NCBI GenBank assembly: GCA_002633005.1
Contig: NMRA01000143.1
Location: 439,402-503,401 of the forward strand
Direction of reading: 5' to 3'
Length of the DNA: 64,000 nucleotides
DNA from: Phoronis australis
Lineage: Eukaryota; Animalia; Phoronida
Numbering within the stretch: position 1 is the first letter of the stretch; every line of letters begins with the position of its first letter. Below are positions 12,304 through 27,300 of the stretch, piece by piece. Under the pieces are notes generated by a model. It ran no database searches, was not told the origin of the DNA, and saw only the letters and a program-made list of their open reading frames with translations. The position numbers and the translations under genes were made by a program.

Positions 12304-15300
12304 GTGAGTGATGAGTTTTATGTGATGTTCGATTTCTATTAAAGAAAAGACCTCTGAAATGATGAATCTGTTTTAATGTTGAAGTTTAGGAGTGTCAACA
12401 TTTAAAAATTCTTTCAAAACTTTTATTTTGCCTGAAAATAGGTCGATATGCGTGACTATGGCTTTAAAGCAGAAAACACGGTTTGTGTATTTGTTACGAA
12501 ATGGCTTTTGTATTATTTTGCTAGAACTTTCCATGTTAATGTCTTAGACTTGGCAAGGCAGATATGATTTCATCAGGCATGTTTATTAGGTTAATTAGAT
12601 CTATCAGCGCCAGAGTTCCTAGGGACTGTTTTATGTAAGGTGGTATGCCCAGTTGTAGCCTGAGTCTGTTGTTGTTCTTTTCTGGCACACATTGCATATA
12701 CAGTCAAATCTCAACAGTTTGGCACCATGTTGTGGACAAGTGAGTTTTATTTGTTTTCATGTTTTCATAAATTTAAATAGCAAGAAACAAATGCTTTATT
12801 GTTTAAAACTTTAGTCTACAGCTACCATCACGTTTTGCGGGATTGTGGCTATTCAGAACAACGTTGAAAGTCTTTGAAAAATGAAAAAAGACAAAAATGT
12901 CGTCCAAAATGGGTGACGTTTTAGCGTGGCTCAAATGAGAACTCTCAGCAGTCAATTTTGCTTCAGTTGCAGCAGATTAGTTAGTCACTCGCCATGTTTG
13001 TCTTTGCTAGTTGTGCTTTCCATAAGCTCGTTGATCAGTTGCCATCTTTTGGTCATATTTTGTGGTATGACTAGTTGTTTATGTAGGCATATGTTTTAGA
13101 CACTTGAATTTTGTTTTGTTAAGTACATTGACATTTCATTGTGGTTTATTTAGATTTATGTATACAACAATGAAAACACTCATTTCGGAGCTGCAAATGA
13201 GGTCTTGATGCTGAAAATAGAATTGAGAACATGATAATCTGCTCCTCTTTGTTCACCTCAAACTTAAGACCCATGGGTTCTCTGTCACAAAGTCACAGTT
13301 GCGTTTTTCTGATAAGTAGCTTTAATTTGTCTTTTGATGTAACCAAAGGGTATAGACTTAAGATTATGTCGTACCTGATTGAAAAGTCTGAGCATTTAGC
13401 AAAATAATTAGAAAACTATAGATTTTAACTCGGTGATAGTAGAAAGCATGTAGAATTTGATTTTTCGCTTTTTAGCAATCTTTAATTTATAGAGTCACGT
13501 GACCTTGTTTTTCGAGTAGTTAAGTTTAGCCTTGATAGCAAAACACCAGTTATCATTAATATTGTCAAATTTTACTTGATATAAGTGTTCAAGGTGAGAT
13601 ATCAGAAATGCTGTTACTGTTTTACTTGATATAAGTGTTCAAGATGAGATATCAGAAACGCTGTTATTGTTTTACTTGATATAAGTGTTCAAGGCGAGAT
13701 ATCAGAAACACTGTTGCTGTTTTCGTTAGTGTCGTTTCGTTTTTATTTAGTACAGCTTTAAGGATTTGTCATGAAAATCGAAGAAGTCCTGTTGTTTGAT
13801 AGCCCCTCATGCAAGAGTGGAACATTTAAAACAATTCCTATCACCATTTTTGAGAACAGTGCATAAAACATAGTGTAGAAACTTATATTTCCTTACCCGC
13901 ATTTCAAATCTGCTTCAGTTTTGCAAAAAAATATGGTCTAAGCCATAATTTTCCATTTTCTACATGCTCAAGTATTAGTATACCCAGAAGGAAGTTGATG
14001 AGAGTTCAGTAATATTTGTCTCATGAACAAAAGATGGCACTGGTGTTTCCTCATCTAGCTCTTATGAGGTGGTGCAGACAGACAATCGATGAAGATTAGT
14101 CTTGTCAAATTCAGTTTTGTGTGGAGCGTTTCCCAATATTCAGTTAAGAGTTATGAGCAACAACTTTGCATGTGATTAGACAATACACAACTACTGTGTA
14201 TTTAGCTAACAAACTTGGAAATTAAGGAGCTTTTTTGTGAACCCCTGCTTAGGAATGTCTTCCTCACCAGTAAGTTGCTACATGCCAAGTGAGGTTCATC
14301 TTCAGTTCACAAATTAGCGATGATAAATCTAGTTTCTAGTGTAAGAAGGACTGCAAACCTGCTCTATAAAAAAGCCAAACAGGGTCCCACCCCACAACAT
14401 GAATCAAAATAAAACTTTTCCATGTTGGACTGCATGGGTCTTTGAAGAACTTCAGTTTTGCACCTTCAGTCCTAGAGACTGCTAATAATTGATGATATAT
14501 AGTTCACATTCGGGCATGACTTCCTAAAAATTCTCAAAATTATGAATGACGTGACCACAAACAACTTCCTATATGTTATGAACCACTGTGCATCATATTG
14601 ATGTAGGTTATGGTATAAGTGTTAAGCAATTGAGATAAAGTAGATTGCAAGTCCTTTGAAAGCTCAAAATAATTAAATTATTGCTTTGAAACTTACGGAT
14701 TTTGCAATGGGCTGATATTTGTTCATCAATTCTTTGAAATCTGCATTATTGCTGATATTTTATAGAACTTAATTTTACCTCTTCCAGAAAGACTACCTGA
14801 TGTGCGTAGTGTCTCTCTATGCATATTTTTTGCTAAATAGCTACACTTGAGAAGCTCTGACCTATGTTTGGACATCTGAGCTGTTTCAAAGGGTCTGGGC
14901 CATGTATAAAAAGCTCTGAGCCATGCTTGTAAATCTTGAGCTATGTGTAAAAAACTCGGAGTCATGTTTGGAAATCTTAAGCCGTCTTTAAAAGCCCCTG
15001 TGCCGTCTTTTTGAGTCATATTTTGAAAAACTTGCTGCTTTACAAGACTATGATTGAAATAGTACCGTGTAGTAGCACTGTCTTTATTTGATTATTGTAG
15101 AAATGATAGTGACATGGCCAGCAAGCTAAACATACGCTACTGCAGTAACTATAATTGTTTTGGAGAATTAGAAGTTTAAACAGATATTAGGGCAACCGAA
15201 ACGCGATACGCCACTATTTGTGTCATGTTTGAATTTTTGCTGAGAGAGATTATCCTGGATATGTGACACTGTTTGCATTTTTATGACAGACCTATAGTAA

Positions 15301-18300
15301 AGATCTCCTGAACAATGGATGACCCTGCCTCAAACAGCTGCATGTTGTTCCCCAAACTGAGGGTGTGTTTATTCAGTATTGATCGTACCCAACACTGTGT
15401 GATTGTATTGTTGAGCACACCATACCTCACGCTAGCCTCACGTCTCACTACGCATCTCGCAATTAAATGGTTAACGGTGTCCTTTATTAATTAGTCATTC
15501 TGTAACTGACGTCTGTGTGGCAAAGAGAGAATGTCAACTTGTTGGTTATTGAGTTGTATCTCTAGAGAGGCTGTGTCGTTGCTGATCAATTCAATGTTTG
15601 TTTAATCTATCTACAATGTATGATTCCAGGATGAGAACTTGAGGTAGGAGTGAGTGACGCTTACCTTTTTGTGCTTGAGTAAATGCTTGCTTTTTAGATG
15701 CTTGTTCAATTCAGCCAACGTAACGTATGTTGCTAGATCTATTCATCAGATGCATCCCTTCACTTTGATGGGTATGCTGAAGATAGTGTTCCATATTGCA
15801 CTTTTTTGTTCCAGCGTAAATTGTAATAATGGATGACCTTGAGTAAAATGGGGAGGGCGGAGGGTACAAAGCTTGTTTTCTACTAACGTGAAATGGAGGG
15901 CACCAGGTAGAGCTTCAAAAATGTACAATGAACTTCGGGCTCATTGTAATAAAGTCTGGGGAAAATTTGAGCACTGTGTGATGCGTTACTGACTGCGTGA
16001 TGTGACATTCTTGTAACAATTGCATTCTGCCAAAACAACTACGGTATTCATGCCATGTTGTGGAAGATTATTGCATATGGTAAAATCTGAACGACTTCGG
16101 ACATGAATAATTGCCAAAATGGTCTTTCTTTTTTGAAGGCTTCTGACGTTGCTCTGAATTATCACAATATTTCAGAAACATTGCCACACGTTAGATATGG
16201 AATAGATATACAGTACGTCATTCATTTTGTCCTGCTTAGGATTTATGAATTTTTTTTTAAATTTCACTTGTCAGTTGCATTATATCCTAAGTGATGAGAT
16301 TTTGTCTTACCGTAATCGTTCGGGTTAACGCCCTGGGCGGTTAAATTGGCAAACTCAAAAAATCGGGGGTGGGCGGTTAACCAGACATGGGCGCTTAAAC
16401 GTGAAATTTCAAGAAATCCAGGGTGGGCGGTTAACCGAACATGGGCGCTTATTACGACAGGCAACCGCCCTGGGCGGTTAATCTTACCTCGTACTCGGAA
16501 CGCGTAGTACTTTTCAAAGAGCGTTATCGTCACGTCGCCACATAAAGAGAAAAATGTCATAACAGCGGATGATCCCAACAAAGATTCTCTTGCCCTCAGA
16601 TTAGTAATTCACTGTTAAATTTACAGAATTACTGAGTAATAGCCCCGTGGCGTCCTGCGGTCTTGTTACTTTGCCCTCTAGAGCGCAGACGACCAGTGAC
16701 CACGCAGCCTCTACTTGGATTGCAACTATTTTAAGATGTGACCTTGTTAAAGTGCGCGCGTGCAAGCTTCACGTGTTGCAGAGGTCACAGCAGACATCAA
16801 ATTTATGGTTGCAGTCTCGTACTGAGCTGCCAAGTTCATAGTCTGAGAGCAGTTTTAAAATGAGTTGTAATAAAAGTTTGAAAAACTTAATTCAGATGTT
16901 TTTTGTGTTTAGGATGTTTATAGTCGACACTCTGTGACTCAATGACATTTTCAGCGTATGGTTCTGCGGCTAGCTGTTTTATCTCGACCGCCCGGCATTG
17001 CTCACTTGCCGTTGCGCCAAACATGCTCGGCAAAGAATTAGGCCTAAGACAAGAATCGGTGTTAAGCGGCCGTGAGCTACTCGTCAATCAAGAATAAAAT
17101 TTCGAGCCACGACATAAATATGTGATAAAACGCCACAAAACAGCGATGTTTCAATTCATTCTTAAACAATCGCCTTACCAAACTTCGTGGTGGAAAAACA
17201 TTTATTTTTCATGCAAGATGTCCAGATTATCCTATTTATATCACTTGCAATAGGCCTATCGCACTGCGGCACTGTTCGGTCTCGCTGTTAGCAAGCAATG
17301 TCTCAGTCGGCTGACAGTCGTGACTTGGAAATGCCGTCAAGTAATAAAACGGCCTCTTCCAATATGCATCTCGTTTTTTATGGCCAAAGATAGCGGCGGG
17401 AATCAGCACGCACGTAGGGCCTACGAGTGAGCACCTGTCAATCACATGTTGGTGTCAAGGTAACATGCACTGCAAAGTGTGGGAACTTGCGCACGTGCAC
17501 CAAAATGACTACAAAGTCACACATCAAAAGAGAATAGCCCTAAGTAACAAAAACGGGCGTGACTATGTACTTTTAAGCTGTTGTTACGAAAGACCCAGTT
17601 CTTTACGATATTCCTCCGTTGCCAATGTTCCCCAAAACTGCGATGTCAAGTCTATTCCGATATTTCCCGCTCGATGCTCCCTAAGCCCATGCCCGTAGCT
17701 AGCTGTGTGCATCTCCTACCCACTATCGCCAATTTTCAGTCAGTCTACGTCGTAGATATTTCAGACTCGAATGGTAAGAAACTGGCCAATGTATAAACAA
17801 AATTATTCTGGATGGCAAAAAGGGGATGTGGAAACGATATTTCACAGTCACGCTTATACGTGGGGGCTGACGCAAGAAAAAATAAAGAACAGCCAGCGAC
17901 AATAGTTAAATCTGGTAACGCCAGTTTGACTGAGATGCAGTAAGCAAAAAACAAAATTTGACTAGCTGTTTTTTATTACTTCAAGATCATACACAAACAA
18001 ACATTATTGCCAACCTTTGAATTCAGAAATCGATAGGCAGCAACGAAATCGGTAACCCAGTAAGGCACTTGTACTGTCCCTTCGGTCGCCACACGTCCTC
18101 TACAACCCGGCAGTTACATTCATCAAAATGAGAATTTGAAATCTTTCCGTGAGTTGTGAGATTTCTTCAAAATACGAGAGCTTCCCACCTTAAGAGAATT
18201 TGGAGGGTTGGCAAAACCATTGTCACATTTGTCTGGCCTGATTTTTTCGAATATATATTTTATCTAGTGCACTGCAGACCGAAACTCAGTGCGGCAGACA

Positions 18301-21300
18301 AAGTCGCTGAAAGCGGAAGTTTTGACGCCGGCGCCGTTCTTAAACTTTGTAAACATGGGAAGAAAATAAAGTGACAAAAACGTTAAAGTATTATATTTTG
18401 AAGTGAGTCCATGACCCAAGACAAGAACTCCTTACTTGTATTGTAATTCACATTGCTAAACCACCGTCTTGAAGGCCCGGCGTTGTTACGCTCATTGTGA
18501 TCATCGATCTTTTTGTAAAAGTCGGGGAATCACCGTTTCCTTAGCACTGGGCGCTAAATCTTCATTCTTTAAAAGTACGGGATGGGCGCTTAACCGAGAG
18601 GTGGGCGCTTAACTGGAAATCTTCAAAAATCGTAGGGGGGCGCTTAACTGAGCAGTGGGCGGTTAAATCGAAAATCCACCTAAAGTAGGGGTGGGCGGTT
18701 AACTGAGCATGGGCGTTAACCCGAACGATTACGGTAATCAATGAATGCTGTGAGTCGCCTCTTGCCTCTGTAACTTAGTGTACATGAACACATCAAGTTG
18801 TGAAAAGAGGTAAATCCTTGCCCAAATTCCTTAATCCCATAGGTAATTTGCTGTTTGGATCTCATGCTAACGATGTGGTTTAACCACCTACTCGATTTCT
18901 GTCATCCATTTGGTATCAGTCGCCTGGCATGTGGTGTGTATAACAATGAACTCTTGACTTACTTCTAAGTAGGTCAACTGTTCAGTTGATCCCACCTCTC
19001 GGCTGGGAACGGTAAAAAGTATTAACGTTTTAGTGATAATTAAGTTAATTAAGCACTGCGAATTCAGTTGGCATTGAGAGTGAATGTTGAAATAGCTAAC
19101 TTTTAAGGCATTTAAAGCTTATATTGACTGAAAATAAGTTTTAACCAAATAATTAACCGAAGACCATCCCAATTTAATTGACTTTTTCTTGGCTTCGGCA
19201 AATCGACTTAATTTAAACTTTGGAACACGAGTTTTCGAAAACAGTTTGGTAGGTTTTGTTCAAATTTTCCAAACTTAATATTTATTCATCAATCTCAAGA
19301 ACGCTGTTAGGATTTTTGATATAAAGACCTAGTATTTGCACAATGTAACAAAGATGAATAGGACTGCTTTTTTACAAAAATACATTACGTTTTGCGAGTT
19401 GTTTTGTCATTGAAACCAATCTAAGAGACTCATCGAAAATTCCTAATAGAGTTTTTTGAGGTAATTGGTGAGGTTTTCATTTAAAAAAGGTTTCACTGAA
19501 GTCGACCGAGGTGTTATTTTGCCATGAATATGCCTTTCTTAAACTTGAAATTTTGACTTAAAAAGGTGTTAATGTGATGATAATACTAACACATAAATAT
19601 ATATTTATATTCCCTGATCTTTCTTCTTTCAGAAAACATATACGTTTATTAGTTGACAAAGCTTGGTTTTTTGATATACGAGTTAGAGTGGAGACCATTA
19701 AATAAGGTTTGAGATAATCTTAACTCCGGTAGCTAATCTACAACTGAAACTTTGCTTAAAATAGTAGGATTTGAACGCGAAGCTTCGGACTCGCCGAAGC
19801 TTCGGTGTAATGGAACACTAGAAACGATTAGTTTCGTCAAAGTTATCAGTAGATGTCGCGGCAAGGATATATGATCAGGCGAGACTCGCAAAACGTGTTC
19901 TTTGTTTTTGTAGCGTAGCCAACATGCTCTCAATAGACGGACATAAATAAAAACATTAGCATATCTGATGAAGAATGATACTGATTGTTTTCATGAACAC
20001 TCGTAAATGGTAGTCGAATAATTTTCATTTAGCTTCGAACTCACTACTCAATATTTATTTGAGAGTACGAATGAACTGCGATAACTTTGGAATGGTGAGC
20101 GAAGTTTCGGCTAAGCTTCGATATACTGAAGTTCCCCTTATGGGAAAGCGACCATGTTGTTAATTGTAATGTAGATGTGTATCGTATATCTGATTAAGTC
20201 CTAATAAAAAAACATAGGCATACAATTACGAATGAATGACTGTCAGAAATCATCATTTATGGAAATGATCAGGTATGAAAAACGAGCAACAAAATTGGAA
20301 AACTGCCCAGTCTTGGTGTCACTGTTGCACATTCTGTCTTTACCGCTCCACTTCAGTTTTGCTATTGACAAAGCATGTTCCTAACCTGTCCAGTTCAGTT
20401 TTTGCTACTGACATGTGCATTTCGAAACTAAATGTCATTCTTTATCTTAACCGTACAGATGTGTCAAATCATTTTAAAACACCCTGTAATTTGTTGTACA
20501 AGTACTTTGGGCCTGTGTGTGTTCTTGTCAGGTTGCTCCAGGATAGGCATTGATTAATTGATTCATAGTTACAGTGTCTTTTTTCAAGTTACCGCAGGGC
20601 TATGAAAAGATCTAAAACTGAATTTCATCCTGTTTTGCTGACTAAAAAAACTAAAATTGAATTGTGCCTTTTACGCTTGTAAAATCGGTCTCAAAATTGT
20701 CTCAAAATTGCGTTTACAATGGTAGGACATGATCTCTGTTGTATGAAGACTAGAGAATCCTCCTCATAGTGGGGTTGGTGACATGTAAAATTGCACATGG
20801 ATAAATGTACATATTTATATGTGAAGTTGCACGCACACATACATACACACGCATGCATCCGCCCACCCACCCCCACATCCCCCCACACGCACAAGCACCC
20901 ACACACATACGGTATATGAAGCGCCAAGACTGGGTAAGTGAGGCAATGTTTTTAATACTCTATCTGGCCTAACAGTTCAGTTAACAAGTCATCCACAGAT
21001 GTACAATGCCAAAATGCTCCTTTAGCTTCAAATTAGTAATTGATTAGTATTGACCAGGTATTTTGTATTGTATACCATCATACGTCATCACTGATGTTTA
21101 ATTAGACTGTTGAATGGCATACGGTGAGTGTGTAAGTCTATGATTGCAGTACAAGTCACAGACACCTTCCCATACACTCCACTCATGTACGGAAAATGCT
21201 TCATCCAAGGTAGTCAAGCTCCACTCCCAATGACTTAATTCTGTGATTGCACCTCAAATTAAGTGTGGGCTAAAGTTACAGCCATCGAATTTGGTTCCCA

Positions 21301-24300
21301 GGACTCTTAGGCTGGCGTTATGGCCGGTATGGAGCATTTTTAGTGCATTGTGCATTGGATGGGTGCTGGTCTGGGGATGAGTAATGTGTGTTTGTAATAT
21401 TTAAGAGCTCTTGGTCATCATGGCTGTACGAAGAGGCATGATCAAGGAATTGTTTCCACATCTTGATAAAGCTTTAACATATGATTGTGCTAAATAAGCC
21501 CATCGATATGGTATAAGTAAAAATTGGTACGGTGAATGTTGTCAAGTTTGAAAATCTCAGAAACTTGAGACACAGAAATTTGAGCAGAGATTGAATTTTC
21601 TTGATTCTGAAGATTGGGACACGGTTGATTGTAGCATTCGTCATCATATTTCTTATATTTCACGAATGCATTTTTGAATAGACTTGGCGGTTCATAAAAT
21701 AAAAAATAGCTGCCAATGCAGCGTTTTCCTGCGTCCTAGTAGTGTGTAACGTCGACAAGAATGTTCCTTTGTCATTGATCATCATCATCGTAATTCTTGA
21801 ATTTGGGACGGACAATTTTACCTATGTCTAAAATTTGGTATAAATTTATACCTTGAGGAAAATATTTATCCTAAACTGAAACCTTGTACCCCTAGTCTTT
21901 TTATTTGTGACGCGTGACGCGACCAATCTGTGTTATGTAAGAAGACTCCTACTTATGCTGTGACATAATAATTTTGTGACATTCTGTTTAAAAGAGCAAG
22001 AACATTATGTATTTAGTTTCAGTTTGCTGTATTCTGGACTCAATAGAGTGCTTCTGAAGTATTTACTGTGTTTGTTGAATTGATTTGTTTTGGCATTGTG
22101 TTTCTGGGATTGCACATGGACTTCTTGATTTTGCAACACCTGGTTATATTGTTGGTTTTTGTGTGTCCTTGGCAGTGTGCTTGTATTGCTAAATCCAATT
22201 ATCTTTGTGCCCAATATAAAGAGTAGCAATGTGAAACTAACGCTAATGAGGTGGAGGGTGGTATCAATAACGTTACCAAATTCCTTTTGTTATAAATGTT
22301 CAAGATCAAATGATAAAATCCTTACCTTCGCTTTAAGCAGATTTTGTGTTTTTGTCATTAAGATCATTAAAATCCTATTTTTTGATAGCCATTCAATATA
22401 AATTGGAGAGTTTTGACCCCAATTCCCAACAGCATTTTGGAGAACATTGCATGTATTCAATTTGCTATTTCTGACATATGGTGGACAGAAGTTAAAATTG
22501 GGTCATTTTTGGAGTTGTATATACCGTATTCCCCCTAATAAGCGCCCATGCCCCTATAAGTGCCCCCAAGCGTTTTCAGACTTCACTAAAGTAAGCTTCC
22601 AGCCCATGAACGCCGTGGACATGCGAAAAATGCCTTACTTACACTTCTAAAATTCTACTGTAACGTCTTCAATTTATCAAAAAAATCTGACAGTCCTGAA
22701 AAAATCATTGTGCGCAGAATTTGTAGACCACGAGCCTCGCAGCTATGTCGGTTAGCCATGACTATACACTTCAAACTTCCGCCTTGCTTCAAAAACAACG
22801 CAAGTTTGCTGATCTTTTGAGAGTGGTGTCCTATTAATGGTCTGGCCTTTCAGAACAGATGCAGGCCTACTTGTCAAAGGGATTGTATTGTATTGTATCT
22901 TTCCCGTACAGATCTTCTTCCTCAACAGGAATCCAAATCTCTTCGTACACGTCAAAACCGCAAATCGAAGACTAATAAAAACTTGACCTTTGTTCAGTTA
23001 AAAGCACGTGGCTAGGAAGCGCGTGCTATATTCAAGAATCTGTTGCCAAGAATAGTCTTCGGGAACTATCCATTCATGAAACGGGTAGCATAGCATCGGC
23101 AAGAAATAAATACTGGCACTTATTTCGGAAAGTTTCTGATACCATAAAAAACGTTAGCATTATTTTTAAGGGGGAATTATCAAGTTAGTTGTAATTGGTG
23201 TTTTTAAAGCGAGGCAGCGACCCATCAGTAGGCGAATTATTGCACTGGGATTTTCTAAAAAATGCTCGTAATTTAACAACAAAGTAAGATAGCAATGCAG
23301 TGCAATTTTGTAGAAACTGTAACAGGTTACAGATGTGTCACAGAGCGTAAATTTGATGAATTTTAGCTTACGATTTCACCTGTTTTGGAGACTGGGTTTC
23401 AACCACTTTTGGACTGTAATAAGCGCCCTCCTTCCTGAGGCGAATTTTTCTAAGTGCCCTAGGCGCTTGTTAGGGCGAATACGGTAAGTCAAAGTATAGT
23501 TGGTCCGGGTTGTTGACTGAATTTGATTCAGGCTGGTGTTTTTTGAAGTTGATGATGGCAGGTCTCAAAATGAGTCAGGTAAAGACTTTTAAAAAAACCA
23601 ACTTTGCTTTTCTGGTCTAATGTTTAAGTATTTTAATGCAAATCTGTATTTTATAATGTAAAAAGTACGAAATTAAAGATAGCTACGTACAATGAGTCTC
23701 ATTCAGAAGGAAGTACCCGGAGCTGACTCTGATGGCAGAGTTGAGCCGTCAATAATGGAGTGCCTCTGAACACAGAATGAAATCTAGAGGTGTGTCAATT
23801 TGCACTAAATTAATACTTGAACTTGAAAAGTGTTCATGGTTAATTTCTAAAAATCATGTCCTTCCCCCACACCACTTCTTACATGCCAGTGGCCTTTCAA
23901 TAGAAGGCGTTGGCAGGAACTAGCCAACTTATTAGAAGAAGGCGTTGCTGTTATAGGTATTTTCTTATTGGGTGGGTGTTGGGGTATTATCTGGGATGGG
24001 TAAACAAGAGAAGTTACCCTGGCAACCCAGAAGGGAGTGGTCAACATCAGCTGTCTTATCTGTTTGTTGAGTGTTTTGGCTAAGGTCTGGATTTTGAGTA
24101 TGTGTGTCTCCCCCTATTGGCCCCCAAACCAATATCTTTTGCTGCTCCCTGTAGTTTTGGTTTCTGTTTTGCGGAGTTTAAGAGTGATTATACAAGTAGG
24201 TTTATTGACGAGGGAGTTGAAGGGCCTTTACCATTGATCAATTCAGCCAAAACAAGTGCGGTAATGTAGGAAGTGAGTTTGTGTTGGTGCGTAGGTTTGG

Positions 24301-27300
24301 ATTTGTTCCATCAGTATCTGACTTCAAGGTGTTGTACACTGCAGGTAACTGTCCTTTGTTATAGCTCTTGTTATTATGTTATACAAGAAATTAATGTCAT
24401 GTCATTATTAGAGCAGTGTGCAATGACTGTAATAAAGATAAGTAGTCCAGTCATTAATAACGTATCTTACAACTTCTTAAAGCAAATTGGCAAAATTTGA
24501 ACTAAGAGGTCGTAATTAAGTTTTTGATTGATTTTCAAGCACGTTTTGACTATAATGACTTAACTTTCAATAACATAATAATTTGTGAGTAATCACTATC
24601 ACATATATTATTTGCAAGGTGGGCACACATTGTAATGGCTTCCTTATCATAGCCCATTGCCGTTACCAAGGTGACCACGAATGGTATTTGTTTAAAGGTG
24701 TAATTAATCCAGTGTCACCTGAGTTGCCTCCTAAATGTCTCCAGGGTGGGTTTCTAGTGAAAAGAACTGCAGTAGAGAAGCCTAACTACCCTTAGCTCTG
24801 TCTGACTCTTGTTAGCAATATGAGCATTTGATTCAAAGCAGATGGAAGTTTGTGAAGAATGCTGGATTGCCACCCATGGCAAGCTGAGGTTATTCAGTGG
24901 CTCAGGCTTGTGGAGTCTGAAGTTTTAGGTGGTTCACTTCTGATGGTTGCCTGGTTGAATATTCTGCCATTGTCGTAAAAAAAGGTTCAGCCAAGTGCCA
25001 TGAATAGGGAAGAAGATAAATGTTTGAATGTCGTAAAGTTTCTCAGTGCCACCAAGGAGTGTGACTACTAGAACGTCTGACGTGAAGAAACCGTGGTTTG
25101 GTTCTTGATTACGTGGATGGAGTTGAAATACTAATATGGAATGGTAGTTTACATTTTTTGACAAACTGTTGAGTGTCATTTTTTCAGGGGTATCTGTCCT
25201 CAATTTTTGCCCTGATTTATCCATTGGTGTTTGACATGTTTTTGATAAGGGAAATGCCCTTCCTTGAATTGCTTGAGAGAGGTAACTTCCATGTATGTGA
25301 CAGATGTTTTGAACTAAGGAAACTGAATTACTATACGGGCTATCCAAAGGATGTGATTGGTTGAAATATCTTGCTTTCCTTGTTACACTACGAAAACCAA
25401 TGGAAAAACAGGAAGTTGTGTGTTGTATAGGAAACCATAAGGGAAGTGGTAGCTTTATATTGATTACAATTTGAAATGCGTTTATGTGATTGCAGGGCTC
25501 AAATCTCTCCCAGATATCCAATATTAGACTTCATATAAACCATATGCTTATAATTAGAGGAGTGACCAGCTAGGATAGAGTTATTAATGTTTTCTTGGTA
25601 ACCCAATACTGTTAGGTGTTTTGAAAGACATGATAGACTTTTAGAATCTGCAGTGCTGGTTTGGTGTGGGAAAAGAAGCGCTGAAAAACAAGCGTTTGCC
25701 GTTTGCTGAGTTTTAAGTGACTGAAAAAGAAACACTGAAAAATGAGTGTTTGCTGAGTTTTTAAGTGACTGCTCTCCTGCCTGTTGAACATTATACTTGC
25801 GGCTGTAGAAGAGAGGATCAGTTCACTAGAGATTTATTGCAATTACGCATATTAACTCCGACAAATTTTTAAGTTACGATTCAATGCCTTATGACAGTTT
25901 TCACGTTACCTCCAGCAGGGTGATTAGTACTTCTCATTTGACTGAGGCTTGCAGTTTAAAATTAAGCAGTTTAAAATTTTATGCTTAAAAGCATCGGACG
26001 GCAGAACTTTGATATATGGGATAAATGAGGAAACACTCTATACTGTTGGCGGCGTTTTATCGTGGCTTTAGAAGAATGCCAAGTGTTTGAACGGTTTCCA
26101 CATACTGCAAGCTTATAGTGATTGTCACCATGAGACGCCATGGATATAGAGCTTTATCAGTGGTTTGGTAAAGAACTCATTTGAGTTTTATCTTCGTCGT
26201 CGTTATCATTGAGAACCTGAGCATCTTGTTTGTTCAACGTCACGATTTATAGCAATTTCTGCCACGAGAATGTCACAGTGGCTTGATCCAGGGGATTGTT
26301 TAAGACGGACTGTCCTTACCAGGTAAGTTTGTTTTTTTTGTAGAAATTGTTGGCATGAACATTTTGATTTTTTTTAGATATGGCAATTCAGTTACTATGC
26401 AGCAAAGTAATTGCCAAAAAATTTTCAAATTTTCAAAGCCTAATTACCTCGCTAGAATGAAAATAAATTTTTTTGACATTTACACAGAGCAAGCTAGTTA
26501 CAGATAAAAATTCTCTTAATCTTTAAATTTGTTTTGCATCCAAATTCCAAATATGTTGTATGTATAAAAGTGTGTGCGTAATTTCCATCCTTTCTGTCTG
26601 GGCAGTGTCTGACGTCTGCTGTTGTATTTCCTGAACCCCTACAAAAATCTTGAAAGTTGACAGTAAGGTTCCTATTTAACTGATGGTTGGTGATGATTAA
26701 TTTCGGATGGCTCTAAACACCGGTGTGCCCCCAGCTAGGTGGCAATTTCAATTTTTCATGTTTGTCTTGCTTCGAAATTCGCAGATGCTCTGTCGCGAAA
26801 TTTTTGAAAATGGTTTTCTATTAAGGAGACTTGACAAAAGGCTTTGATGACATTTTTGTTGAGCATTTGAAGGTTGTTTCTGCCAGAGCTTTTATATTCA
26901 TAACGTTTCACAGTCGTTTCCTTGTTGTTAAGCTTCTGCGTCATTCCTGAATTGTTGTTGTTTTGAATCCAGTCATTAAGTAGGAAACTGATGACATTTC
27001 ATCTAAAGTAATTATTGTCCTGTTAGTTTTAGCTTGTAAGGTGTTGGAACTTATTTTTGAATCACATCCAGTACTTCATTAATATTCAGACTGAGTGAAT
27101 TTAGGTCTAAAAAGAATCATGGTACAGATCAGTGTATTTATGTCAAGAAAGAAATTACGGTACTAGCAATGCATGCAAATGTTTGTACGGAAGTATTTTA
27201 TCATACTTTATTGATGCTAACAAGGCATTTGACTGAGTAAATCATTTTAGATTGTTTAACAAACCCATTGGTAGAGGTTTGCGTGACTATATTGTAAGAA

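Noticed and set aside
20916-20939. ATG-KRQDW followed by GTAAGT donor
   Set aside because: Phase 0, incompatible with exon 43776; likely chance.
24934-25521. Longest gap-free ORF (195 aa, minus strand)
   Set aside because: No recognisable motif, composition typical of non-coding DNA, no supporting exon structure.
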